Shown here: in pieces, positions 49,197-58,300 of the stretch
Layout: the number at the start of each line of letters is the position of its first letter
How positions within the stretch are numbered: the first letter of the stretch is position 1
Assembly: GCA_943349045.1 (NCBI GenBank)
Contig: CALQZC010000001.1
Span: forward strand, 1 to 58,950
DNA from: Candidatus Peribacteria bacterium
Lineage (GTDB): Bacteria; Patescibacteriota; Gracilibacteria; UBA1369; UBA12463
Reading direction: 5' to 3'
DNA length: 58,950 bases
Made by a program: the position numbers and the translations under genes
The notes under the pieces: model-generated
The model's database searches: none
Seen by the model: only the letters and a program-made list of their open reading frames with translations
What the model was told of the DNA's origin: nothing

Positions 49197-51116
49197 TTAC
49201 CAAACAAATTTCACATCCGCAAAAGGCTTATAAATAACTTTCGGCAAATCAAAATCATCATAAAAATCAAAAATCATTTTATTGATCGCAGTAGTGTTGG
49301 TAGTTCCCCAGTAATTATTTGCCAGATTTATGTCGCCATTTGAGAAAAATGACTTCCATTCAGGCGACAGATATAAAGCATATTCAAAATTATCATAAAT
49401 ATTATTGTTATTAAAATTAAAGGAGCTTGCGCCAAGAGATAACAAGCCTACACCATTATTTAATATGGTATTTTTTGATATCACAACACCAGTAGATTGA
49501 TTACCAAGAGTGATTGCTGCTGAAAAATTATCTTTTATGAGATTATTTACGATATTTAGCGTACCTATCATTGTTTGGTTAGAGTAAGCGCGAATACCCA
49601 TTTTATTATTTAACACAAAATTATTACTAATAGTTGCCGGCCCGCTAATAAAAATGCCATCTAAATTATTTTCAATAGTATTGTTATTTATAAGGGGTGA
49701 ACCACTACAAGAGATTCCAACGCCAGTATTATTAGAAATATAATTATTTTCAATCAAGGGTGAACCACCACAAGAGATTCCACCGACTCCTATAGTCGTA
49801 TTGACCAAGCCATTATCAATTATTTTGTTACCAATAACTTTAGCATTACCATCAATTCCAATTGCTGGGGGGCTACTAACAAAAGGGAATATGCCTTTAC
49901 TGAGTGTGTTATTTTTAATAATAAGTGAAGAATCGGATGATTGAGCAAAAATTCCATGACCCTGAAAACTCACTATCTCGTTATTTTCGATCAAAGGCGA
50001 AGCCGCATCAGCCCTAATAGCAGCAAGTTGAGCTGGCCCACCGGAAGTTAGAAAACCTGAGTATTCAAATCTTGCATTTCTTACTACTGACCCGCTCACT
50101 CCATTCCAATCAACGCTAGAATTTTCAAATCTAACACCGCGCCAATCTCCAGGTTTCGGATCTTTTGCATTAGAGGTAAAATGAATAATCTCATCTTTGG
50201 TTCCATCGGCGATCAATGTGCCATCGACGCGGAGATAATATGGCCCATCAAATCGTATTTCAACTCCAGGCTGGATGGTTAATGTTTTCCCCTGCACAAC
50301 CAAAATATGACACTTAACAACATATGGAGACTGCTCCTTCGTTAAAACAGTATCTTCAGAAACGATTCCGCAAAATTCCGTTGGAAGTTTAACAATGGTA
50401 ATCTTGATAGATTGACTCGCGGTCACCACGCCATCACTAACAGTAATTTTCAAAAAATATTCACCAGCCTGACCCGCGCCCGCCACCCACTCAAAAACCC
50501 CGCCATCAAATTTCGCACCACTTGGTAAACCCTCTACGCTCCACGTCAACGCGTCCCCATCCGCATCGCTCGCCTTGACCTCAAATTTCAAGAACTCGCC
50601 CTCTTTCACCGTCTTATCCCCTATCGGCTCGATCACCGGCGCAGCATTCTTCAACACACACGAAGCCGTAGCCACATCCGCGACATATTTCTCACCGAGT
50701 TCAGAGCAATTTTGAAAATACATCATGTACTGCTTACTGTCGGAGCAGCCGCCTTCGATAATGTAATTGGTACCATTCCACGTATAGACATAGTCCTCGA
50801 TACCATTCGGCTCAAGATCGGTCTTCACGATCCCCTTCTTCATAAAATCAACTCCGTCGGAATCATTGCACCACGCTACGTCAGCCTCCACGAGCTGTGA
50901 GGCCTTTTCCATGACATCGAGGGCACAGGTTCGGTACGCGGTGTACTGCTGACTCATGAGGAGCGGGATGCACTCTTTGCCCATCATATCCCAATACTTC
51001 TGCTTCTGGTACGAGGTGAGATCACTGAAACTCGCGGCTGAGGTAGCCTGAAGAGAAATAGCAAAAAGCACGAGCATGGAGATAACCAAGGCGAGACGTT
51101 TCATGGGGGTTTTCAT
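49197..51116 (-). CDS. Secreted surface protein: Cys-rich segment, Ig/cadherin-like domain and right-handed beta-helix repeats
   Basis: Signal peptide; NAAP..ASDADGDALTWS..GLPSGA; PGDWRGVRF; repeated P.IENN.I..N..GI; NYWG. Confidence 0.8.
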   Translation of the reverse strand: MKTPMKRLALVISMLVLFAISLQATSAASFSDLTSYQKQKYWDMMGKECIPLLMSQQYTAYRTCALDVMEKASQLVEADVAWCNDSDGVDFMKKGIVKTDLEPNGIEDYVYTWNGTNYIIEGGCSDSKQYMMYFQNCSELGEKYVADVATASCVLKNAAPVIEPIGDKTVKEGEFLKFEVKASDADGDALTWSVEGLPSGAKFDGGVFEWVAGAGQAGEYFLKITVSDGVVTASQSIKITIVKLPTEFCGIVSEDTVLTKEQSPYVVKCHILVVQGKTLTIQPGVEIRFDGPYYLRVDGTLIADGTKDEIIHFTSNAKDPKPGDWRGVRFENSSVDWNGVSGSVVRNARFEYSGFLTSGGPAQLAAIRADAASPLIENNEIVSFQGHGIFAQSSDSSLIIKNNTLSKGIFPFVSSPPAIGIDGNAKVIGNKIIDNGLVNTTIGVGGISCGGSPLIENNYISNNTGVGISCSGSPLINNNTIENNLDGIFISGPATISNNFVLNNKMGIRAYSNQTMIGTLNIVNNLIKDNFSAAITLGNQSTGVVISKNTILNNGVGLLSLGASSFNFNNNNIYDNFEYALYLSPEWKSFFSNGDINLANNYWGTTNTTAINKMIFDFYDDFDLPKVIYKPFADVKFVW

Positions 51117-51272
51117 TAAAGATGGATTATGGAGTCTATCGTCGCAAGAGATGATAACGTACGCTTTTATTGGGAATATGTCAAGTTATCAGCTTTACAT
51201 GGCTTCAAGGGCATAACAATGCCTGACATGTGACATTTTGCTCACCTATTCACCTATGATACAATAGAGCCC

Positions 51273-51605
51273 ATGGCCAAGAACACATACAAAAGCGGCA
51301 GTCTAAATTTTCTTATGTATCCGACAGATGAGGGTACATATGTTGCAGCATGCCGTGAACTTTGCATCATCGAAGAAGGAAAAGATCAGGAAATGCTCCG
51401 ATACAAAATTATGGGGCGAGCAAAATCGTATCTCACCAATGTCTGCAAGAATAAGCTTGGAGAACATCTTTTGAATCTCGAGCTGCCAAAAGAAATCGTA
51501 AAAGAGTTCAATGATTATAGAATGAAAAAGATAAACGAAGATTTTCAAAAATGGTCAGAGAAAATTAAAGAGCTCATGGCATCGAAAAACGTAACCCTTT
51601 GCTAA
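51273..51605 (+). CDS. HicB-like antitoxin
   Basis: YPTDEGTYVAAC.EL.II.EG partial RNase H fold pattern; next to HicA. Confidence 0.6.
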   Translation: MAKNTYKSGSLNFLMYPTDEGTYVAACRELCIIEEGKDQEMLRYKIMGRAKSYLTNVCKNKLGEHLLNLELPKEIVKEFNDYRMKKINEDFQKWSEKIKELMASKNVTLC

Positions 51606-51612
51606 TTTTTCT

Positions 51613-51855
51613 GTGGGCAAACAAGTTCTCAAGAATTGGAACCCCAAAAGAATTATGCGTTTTTTGAAGAAGAATGGATTTGTCGAACTTAAGAAAGAAA
51701 AGGGCGATCATCACTGTCTCTGGAATGCAGAAACCAAAGCCTATACCGAAGTAGATCATGGCCGCGATGCATTCACCCAAAGGGAAATGATGGGATTTGT
51801 TAGCCAAAGTGGAATCTCAGAAAAAGACTGGCTGAAAGAAAAGAAGATAAAATAA
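51613..51855 (+). CDS. HicA-like mRNA interferase toxin
   Basis: IMRFLKKNGFVE...KGDH..L....VDH....GI; GTG start. Confidence 0.75.
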   Translation: MGKQVLKNWNPKRIMRFLKKNGFVELKKEKGDHHCLWNAETKAYTEVDHGRDAFTQREMMGFVSQSGISEKDWLKEKKIK

Positions 51856-51881
51856 TTCAGAAAATTACCAAAAATAACCCC

Positions 51882-52244
51882 ATGACCCCAGGAACCCGAG
51901 CCATTACCGCAGCCGTTGTTCGCATCATGAAGAAAAATCATATGATCGATAGGATTGAGGATCGTGATCAGGCGAAGAAGATTAGTATTAGTGGGACGCT
52001 TTCGGCGAAGGCGATAGATTTGTATGACCATAGTCGCGGATGCCATGTGAATGCGACGGTGGATGGGCATCACGCGACGGTTCATGATCACAAAACCGGG
52101 AAATATCTGACGTTGACGATCAGTGGGACGAGCTTCTCGGGGTATGACTCAGGCAGCGGCAAAAATTTCTCCGGCTCGATAAGCGACAGCACGATAAATA
52201 TTTATGATAGCGAGGACGGGAAGCATCATGTGTATGGAGGGTGA
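51882..52244 (+). CDS. Hypothetical protein with repeated (Y/H)D beta-hairpin motifs
   Basis: LYDHSRG, VHDHKTG, GYDSGSG, IYDSEDG. Confidence 0.65.
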   Translation: MTPGTRAITAAVVRIMKKNHMIDRIEDRDQAKKISISGTLSAKAIDLYDHSRGCHVNATVDGHHATVHDHKTGKYLTLTISGTSFSGYDSGSGKNFSGSISDSTINIYDSEDGKHHVYGG

Positions 52245-52282
52245 GGGTGAATATATAAAGATAACAAAGACTGTGTCTGCGC

Positions 52283-52327
52283 AACCGCTTTTTAAGCGGG
52301 TTTATTGACGGTGAGTGTTTACTCACC
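52283..52327. terminator. Two adjacent hairpins, terminator-like or junction structure
   Basis: AACCGCTT-TTT-AAGCGGGTT and GGTGAGT-GTTT-ACTCACC. Confidence 0.5.
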
Positions 52328-52332
52328 TATAC

Positions 52333-53023
52333 TGGTTGCTCTACTCGATATACGATTGAATTTCTTGGAATCTGGGAACAAATTCACAATCCAAGTTTTA
52401 ATGTTACCGATTTCGGTAACATTAAAAATCAAAGTGGATCAAACAGCTTCATGTTGTCAGGAAAACAATGGATTGAAAAAACGAAAGCGATAGGAATAAT
52501 CAGTAAAACCGGTCGCTACGGCGGAACCTTCGCCCACAAAGACATCGCCTTTGAATTCGCTACTTGGATCAGCCCAGAATTCAAACTTTATCTGATCAAA
52601 GAATTTCAGCGCCTCAAAGAAGAAGAAACCAAACGGCTCGAAGAAGGCTGGAGTGCGCGAAGAATGCTCACGAAGATCAATTATCGAATTCATACCGACG
52701 CTATTCAAGAACATCTCATTCCACCACAAATCCCCCAACAGCAAGCAAGTGGCATATTCGCCAACGAAGCAGACCTACTCAACAAGGCACTCTTCGGAAA
52801 AATAGCAAAAGAATGGAGGGAGCAAAATCCAAAAGAAGAAGGCAATATTCGAGATCATGCGGACATCACGCAGCTTATTTGCCTCGCGAATCTCGAGACT
52901 CTCAATGCAGAGTTTATACGTCAGAAATTATCTTCCGAACGACGTCTCCTTCAGCTCAACGAAATAGCCATCATTCAAATGAAGTCACTTTTGAAAAATA
53001 ATTCGGTGAAGAAACTCACATAA
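52333..53023 (+). pseudogene. 5'-truncated KilA-N domain gene
   Basis: In-frame STRYTIEFLGIWEQIHNP continues upstream of ATG 52451 with no ATG/GTG/TTG start; GRYGGTFAHKDIAFEFATWISPEFKLYLIKEFQRLK. Confidence 0.75.
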
Positions 53024-53051
53024 ATACTTATTTCCTAACCAAATCTTATTT

Positions 53052-54077
53052 ATGAATAACTCTGAAATCATTCTCTATCAGACGCCGGGTGGAAAAATAC
53101 GAGTGGATGTAAAAATGGAGGACGAGACGGTGTGGCTGACACAGAAGCAGATGGCGGAGCTGTTTGACACGGATCGAACCGTCATCACAAAACATATTGC
53201 GAATGTCTTAAATGAGCTTGAGCTAGAGGAAAAATTAGTATGTGCAAAATTTGCACATACTGCAGAAGATGGAAAAGTGTATCAAACAAATTTCTACAAT
53301 CTCGACATGATCATCTCTGTCGGCTACCGCGTCAACTCTCTTCGCGGTACCCAGTTCCGCATCTGGGCCACCCAGCGACTACGGGAATATATTGTCAAAG
53401 GCTTCGCGCTTGATGATGAGCGACTCAAAGAGGGTGGCGGAAGAGCACGATATTTTGACGAACTCCTTCAGCGAATTCGAGATATTCGCGCAAGTGAACG
53501 AAACTTTTACCAGAAAGTGACCGACATATATACAACGAGCATTGATTACCAAAAAGATGCAGAGCTCACGAAACAATTTTTCGCAACGATCCAAAATAAA
53601 CTCCACTATGCCGTTCATGGACACACGGCTGCCGAACTGATCAAAGAAAGGGCCGATGCGGATAAAATGTATATGGGGCTGACAAATTTCAGAGGAGACT
53701 ACATCACTCTCGAGGATGCACGCGTAGCCAAAAATTATCTGAACGAAACAGAAATTTATCAACTCAACCTCATCGTTTCCCTCTTTCTCGACTTTGCCAA
53801 ACTCCAGGCCATAAACAGCCGACCCATGAAAATGCAGGAATGGATCGACAAACTCGATGGCTTTCTACGTCTCAGCGAAAAAGAAATTCTCACCCATGCG
53901 GGCAAAATCAGTGCCGAAATGGCAGAAAAAATCGCCAACGAAGAGTACACGACCTACCGCACCACCGAAAGGAAAGACTATATAAGCGACTTTGATCGAG
54001 AGATGAAGAGATTAGAGGAAGAGACCAAAAAAAAACAAAGCTACAAAGGAGAGCTAAAGCCCCATCTGCCAGTTTGA
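53052..54077 (+). CDS. RhuM family protein
   Basis: ETVWLTQKQMAELF, YNLDMIISVGYRVNS..GTQFRIWAT, IRDIRASE, QNKLHYA.HGHTAAE. Confidence 0.92.
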   Translation: MNNSEIILYQTPGGKIRVDVKMEDETVWLTQKQMAELFDTDRTVITKHIANVLNELELEEKLVCAKFAHTAEDGKVYQTNFYNLDMIISVGYRVNSLRGTQFRIWATQRLREYIVKGFALDDERLKEGGGRARYFDELLQRIRDIRASERNFYQKVTDIYTTSIDYQKDAELTKQFFATIQNKLHYAVHGHTAAELIKERADADKMYMGLTNFRGDYITLEDARVAKNYLNETEIYQLNLIVSLFLDFAKLQAINSRPMKMQEWIDKLDGFLRLSEKEILTHAGKISAEMAEKIANEEYTTYRTTERKDYISDFDREMKRLEEETKKKQSYKGELKPHLPV

Positions 54078-54101
54078 CATTTCTGCAAATCAGGGTATAG
54101 T
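54074..54101 (+). promoter_or_regulatory. Putative sigma70 promoter
   Basis: TTGACA-16 bp-TATAGT. Confidence 0.6.
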
Positions 54102-54128
54102 GCACACTATGCTTAAACCAGACCACGA

Positions 54129-54743
54129 ATGAAATTTCCAAATAATACGACGACAAGCCTCCCGATGAACTTCAAGAGTCGGCTTTCGTCGAACATCGAT
54201 CCGCAAGATTTTCTTCAGAAAATAACCGATAAACAGGTCCCCTGCCCCTGGGGTGAAGTTGAGCAAATCAATACCGTGATAGATCCAAATTTTAAGGTCA
54301 CCTTTCGAGACGTTCCGGTTGGTCTCGTCCTTGGATGTGGCACTGGTTTCTACTCAGCCGGTGCGTATGCCGTCATCGCACGTGCCGTTGGATTTGGAAT
54401 GTTGATACACAGTGACAGAAACCCGCCACATGAAAGACCTGATGCAACAAACTATATTCAGCTCGACCTCACGGTTCCCGAAACAATACATCTCGTTGGA
54501 AATAGGATCCATGCCGTTCTGAGCTGCAGCGTCTTCACCTATGACGGACTCGGAGTCACGTTCCCAACAGAGGAAAGCGAATCAGAAGCCGCAAAAAGAA
54601 TCTCTGATCTTCTCATGCCGGGAGGCTTTGTGGCAGGAAGTAACTTCGGAAGAACTCGCTTCGAAAAACGTCTCGTAGAGAACCATGGATTCAGATTCGT
54701 AAGAAATGAGTACCAAAGTGTGATCGTGCAAAAACCGTTCTAA
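54129..54743 (+). CDS. Hypothetical protein, possible class I SAM-dependent methyltransferase fold
   Basis: LVLGCGTG, YIQLDL, LMPGGFV. Confidence 0.5.
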   Translation: MKFPNNTTTSLPMNFKSRLSSNIDPQDFLQKITDKQVPCPWGEVEQINTVIDPNFKVTFRDVPVGLVLGCGTGFYSAGAYAVIARAVGFGMLIHSDRNPPHERPDATNYIQLDLTVPETIHLVGNRIHAVLSCSVFTYDGLGVTFPTEESESEAAKRISDLLMPGGFVAGSNFGRTRFEKRLVENHGFRFVRNEYQSVIVQKPF

Positions 54744-54749
54744 TGCATA

Positions 54750-55018
54750 CTAATCCTTCACGAACTTTTTCCACATCTCGTACGCGAGAATACTCACCAC
54801 ATAAAAACTCACATTCGCCACCATTCCAGAGCACCACGAACACACCATGTTGCGCATGCGTTTTGAAATACATCAAAGTTTCCCGCACCGCTGAATATCC
54901 ATAAAATCCAAGATTCTCACCCCACGTTCCCGCGAAGGCGGCCGCCAGACCAAGAAATAATCCCGACTATCTCTGGAGGACCGTAACGCAACAACCATTC
55001 TTTGAGTTTTTCTTTCAT
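54750..55018 (-). pseudogene. Collapsed membrane-protein gene remnant in three frame segments
   Basis: MKEKLKEWLLRYGPPEIVG / AAAFAGTWGENLGFYGYSAVRE / GMVANVSFYVVSILAYEMWKKFVKD*. Confidence 0.55.
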
Positions 55019-55094
55019 GCGGACATCATAGCAAATGATTGACGATTTTATACTGATAAGAATAGACTGGAGCCAATCACTCACCCCCCATTCG

Positions 55095-55913
55095 ATGCAG
55101 ATCAACAAAAATGTCTTTGCCGTTATTGCACTTGTCGGCGTTGTAGCGACAGCATCAGTTATTTCGTTGTCTCCAAAAAATTTTGCAGGCGATTTTTCCC
55201 GACCAGTAAATGCCAGCAATGAAGACCAACCAAAGAAACCAGTCGCAAAAATGTGGTGGGGCTGCATAAAATACGTACCATGGACACCACCAGACGAAAA
55301 AGAGACTGAAGAAACAAAAGAAACTGAGCCTACATCGGAAGAAATGCCAGTTATCAATCTCGATGGAGCAATCGGAAATATTGGTGGTGGTAATGGAAGA
55401 GGCACTGTTAAAAAAGACACTTCACGTCAATCAAAGACCGTAGATATTCCGGATGAAGAAATTCCAGGAAGTGTCAAAAAGCAGCCAGGATCAAAAGACA
55501 CAGAGTTCGGAAATCCAGATTGGCAACCACCAGTATGTCCTGAAGGCTACGAAATGGGATACAAAAAAATAAATGACACATGTAAATCATTTTTCCAAAG
55601 AGTCCAAAATGGATCAATCAACATAAATGACCCAAAAGTCGCAAAAAAATATCAGGAGTATATTGTCATTTGCCGAAACCAACATAGCTCCATTGACTGG
55701 ATGGAGATGCTCAAAAATCCCCCAACAGAAAAAGAATGTCAGGACCTAAAAAATATCAACGACAAACTATGGAAAACAAATAATGCAACTAACGAAGCTA
55801 AAGCAAAAAATATTGACCTCATGCTGCTCACTCAAAAAATTCATAAATGTCAGTATGTATATGGAGGAAAGAAGTATAAAAACTATCAGGACGGAGGACC
55901 ACTCTATCCATAG
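55095..55913 (+). CDS. Secreted or membrane-anchored Cys-containing hypothetical protein
   Basis: N-terminal hydrophobic segment; start moved to ATG 55095. Confidence 0.65.
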   Translation: MQINKNVFAVIALVGVVATASVISLSPKNFAGDFSRPVNASNEDQPKKPVAKMWWGCIKYVPWTPPDEKETEETKETEPTSEEMPVINLDGAIGNIGGGNGRGTVKKDTSRQSKTVDIPDEEIPGSVKKQPGSKDTEFGNPDWQPPVCPEGYEMGYKKINDTCKSFFQRVQNGSININDPKVAKKYQEYIVICRNQHSSIDWMEMLKNPPTEKECQDLKNINDKLWKTNNATNEAKAKNIDLMLLTQKIHKCQYVYGGKKYKNYQDGGPLYP

Positions 55914-55940
55914 TCAAGTCATAGAAACCCTTGCAATGAA

Positions 55941-55982
55941 GCGTGCAAACCGTGCTACACTAGGCACGGTTTTTGCCACGCC
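55941..55982 (+). terminator. Long hairpin with T-tract upstream of serS
   Basis: AAACCGTGC-TACACTAG-GCACGGTTT followed by TT; outer GCGTG/CACGC pairing. Confidence 0.6.
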
Positions 55983-56007
55983 CTATAGACACTAACGACG
56001 TAACGCT

Positions 56008-57285
56008 ATGCTCGACATCAAATACATCCGTGAGAACTTCGACGCCGTCAAAAAAGCAGCCCAAGTAAAAAGGGTCAGTATAGATCTCGATCAACTCATC
56101 GCGATCGATGATCAACGACGTGAAAAGCTCCAGAAAGTAGAGGCCATTCGTGCCGACAAAAATAAATCATCAAGCGAAATTCCAAAACTCCAGGGCGCAG
56201 AAAAGCAGGCATTGCTCGACAAAATGAAGGCGTACTCCGAAGAAGAAAAACAGCTCGACGAAGATCTCAAATCAATTGAAACAGAATTTACTCAGCTCAT
56301 GCTCCGCGTCCCCGCCGTTCCATCAGAAAAAGCACCGGTAGGAAAAGATGACAGCGAAAATGTCGAACTCTACAAAGTTGGCACACCGCGAGTTTTCGAA
56401 GGCTTCGAGCCAAAAGATCATGTCACCCTCGGCGAAGAGCTCGATATCATCGATATTCCACGTGGAACCAAAATCGCCGGAGCCCGCAACTACTTCCTAA
56501 AAGGCGACGCGCTTCTGCTCGAAAATGCCGTCATGCGATTCACGATCGACCACCTCATGGCCAAAGGCTTCACGCCGTTTTCCGTACCAATGCTCGTCAA
56601 CAACGACGCCATGACAGGAACCGGCTACTTCCCTGGTGGCGAAGAGTCAGCCTACAAGATGGAAAAGGACGACCTCAATCTCATCGGCACCTCCGAAGTT
56701 TCCGTCACCTCATACCACCGAGATGAAATTCTCTCACACGAAGAACTCCCGAAGCTCTACGCCGGATATTCTAGCTGTTTCCGCCGAGAAGCCGGCACCT
56801 ATGGAAAAGATACTCGAGGCCTCTACCGCGTGCACCAGTTTCAAAAAGTAGAACAGGTCGTTGTCTGTAAAAACTCCGAAGAAGAGTCACAGAAAATGTT
56901 TGACCTCCTCCTGACCAACGCCAAAGAAGTGCTCGAAAAACTCGGACTCGCCTACCGCGTCGTCGCCGTCTGCACGGGCGATATGGGACAGGGACAGGTC
57001 TATAAGAATGATATCGAAACCTGGATGCCATCACGAAATGGCTACGGAGAGACTCATTCATGCTCGATGTTCTACGAGTTCCAGGCACGTCGTCTGAATC
57101 TTCGTTACAAAGACCCAGAAGGAAAAACTCGCTTCGCCTACACGCTCAACAATACCGCCATCGCCTCACCGCGCGTCCTCATTCCCCTCCTGGAGTGCTA
57201 CCAAAACGCCGACGGCTCGATCACGATTCCAGAAGTTCTCCGTCCCTACATGAACGGTCGGACGAAAATCGAGCGTAAAAAATAA
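56008..57285 (+). CDS. serS: Serine--tRNA ligase
   Basis: MLDIKYIREN, GTSE, CFRREAG..GKDTRGLYRVHQF.KVE, ETHSCS, TLNNTA. Confidence 0.98.
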   Translation: MLDIKYIRENFDAVKKAAQVKRVSIDLDQLIAIDDQRREKLQKVEAIRADKNKSSSEIPKLQGAEKQALLDKMKAYSEEEKQLDEDLKSIETEFTQLMLRVPAVPSEKAPVGKDDSENVELYKVGTPRVFEGFEPKDHVTLGEELDIIDIPRGTKIAGARNYFLKGDALLLENAVMRFTIDHLMAKGFTPFSVPMLVNNDAMTGTGYFPGGEESAYKMEKDDLNLIGTSEVSVTSYHRDEILSHEELPKLYAGYSSCFRREAGTYGKDTRGLYRVHQFQKVEQVVVCKNSEEESQKMFDLLLTNAKEVLEKLGLAYRVVAVCTGDMGQGQVYKNDIETWMPSRNGYGETHSCSMFYEFQARRLNLRYKDPEGKTRFAYTLNNTAIASPRVLIPLLECYQNADGSITIPEVLRPYMNGRTKIERKK

Positions 57286-57300
57286 AAACAATCCAGCGTA

Positions 57301-58002
57301 CTAAGCCGCAAGACGTAACGCCCCTCTATCCACCGCATCCACGCGACTACGAACTCCACTGCTGATTTCACGGAGAGATTTCGTAGGACTCATGAGCCAA
57401 TCGTCAGCAATTGATCGGGGTTTTTGAGCTCGAGCAGGAGCCACAGGAAATTGGTAAATTTTCGCCTCCCGAGCAGGAGCTGCTTGTGCCTGAACCTCAG
57501 ACACTCTCGTCAAACGAGAAAGTGCAGGAGCAACCGGAGCCGCAAGAGACTCTCGATTCATATTCGCAAGCGGATCATAATCAAGATCACCACGAGCAAC
57601 AGCGCGCTGGCGAACCTGATCATAGAACATATCTGTTAACGGAGTCTCATCCATCCGCCCCTGACGTTGAAAATCCTGGAATACAGAATATGGATTATCA
57701 ACAGGAATATTGGCTTGTTTTGGCCAAAATTCAACACCGAACATCCCCTTTGTCGTCGTACCACGAGTCGGCTCACGCGCAATCGACCCAGACCTAATCT
57801 CGGGCATATCGAGTCGAATCTGTGAAAATTTTGATACAGGAGCTGGAGGATTCTGAAGAGTTTGCATCACGCGCTCACGCACGGCAGGACGCGGATCGAC
57901 ACTCGCAGGAAGGTACGACGCAAGAGCATCTTTCGCCTTACCAGCTAGAGAAGAAACTTTTTCTTTTATGGAACTAAATGCCGAACTTAAACGTGAAAAC
58001 AT
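57301..58002 (-). CDS. Low-complexity orphan protein ending in LRLAA
   Basis: 233-aa ATG ORF, rich in S/A/P/R. Confidence 0.65.
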   Translation of the reverse strand: MFSRLSSAFSSIKEKVSSLAGKAKDALASYLPASVDPRPAVRERVMQTLQNPPAPVSKFSQIRLDMPEIRSGSIAREPTRGTTTKGMFGVEFWPKQANIPVDNPYSVFQDFQRQGRMDETPLTDMFYDQVRQRAVARGDLDYDPLANMNRESLAAPVAPALSRLTRVSEVQAQAAPAREAKIYQFPVAPARAQKPRSIADDWLMSPTKSLREISSGVRSRVDAVDRGALRLAA

Positions 58003-58189
58003 GATGAAAGGAAAGAAATAGTGCTCGCGGAGTATACAAAGAACAGGCGGAAAAAACTATCTCTGAGGATTGACGTAAAAAATCTTTATGAAGGCACCAG
58101 ATCACACCGGCAACTCTCTCGTATTTCAAGCTAAAATCCACTAAAAAACCATGAAAATCATAGTCGTCAAGAGCAAATACGCTTTTCCT

Positions 58190-58217
58190 TTGACTTTACC
58201 AGATTTTTCCATAGAAT
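58190..58217 (+). promoter_or_regulatory. Putative rpoB promoter
   Basis: TTGACT-16 bp-TAGAAT. Confidence 0.5.
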
Positions 58218-58300
58218 CAACAAAGCTATCACGCCCTAAAGATGTGTTGTGAGAGATAGCTACTTTCCTGCTTTTCCAATCTCTTACACCCCTTTTCCCT

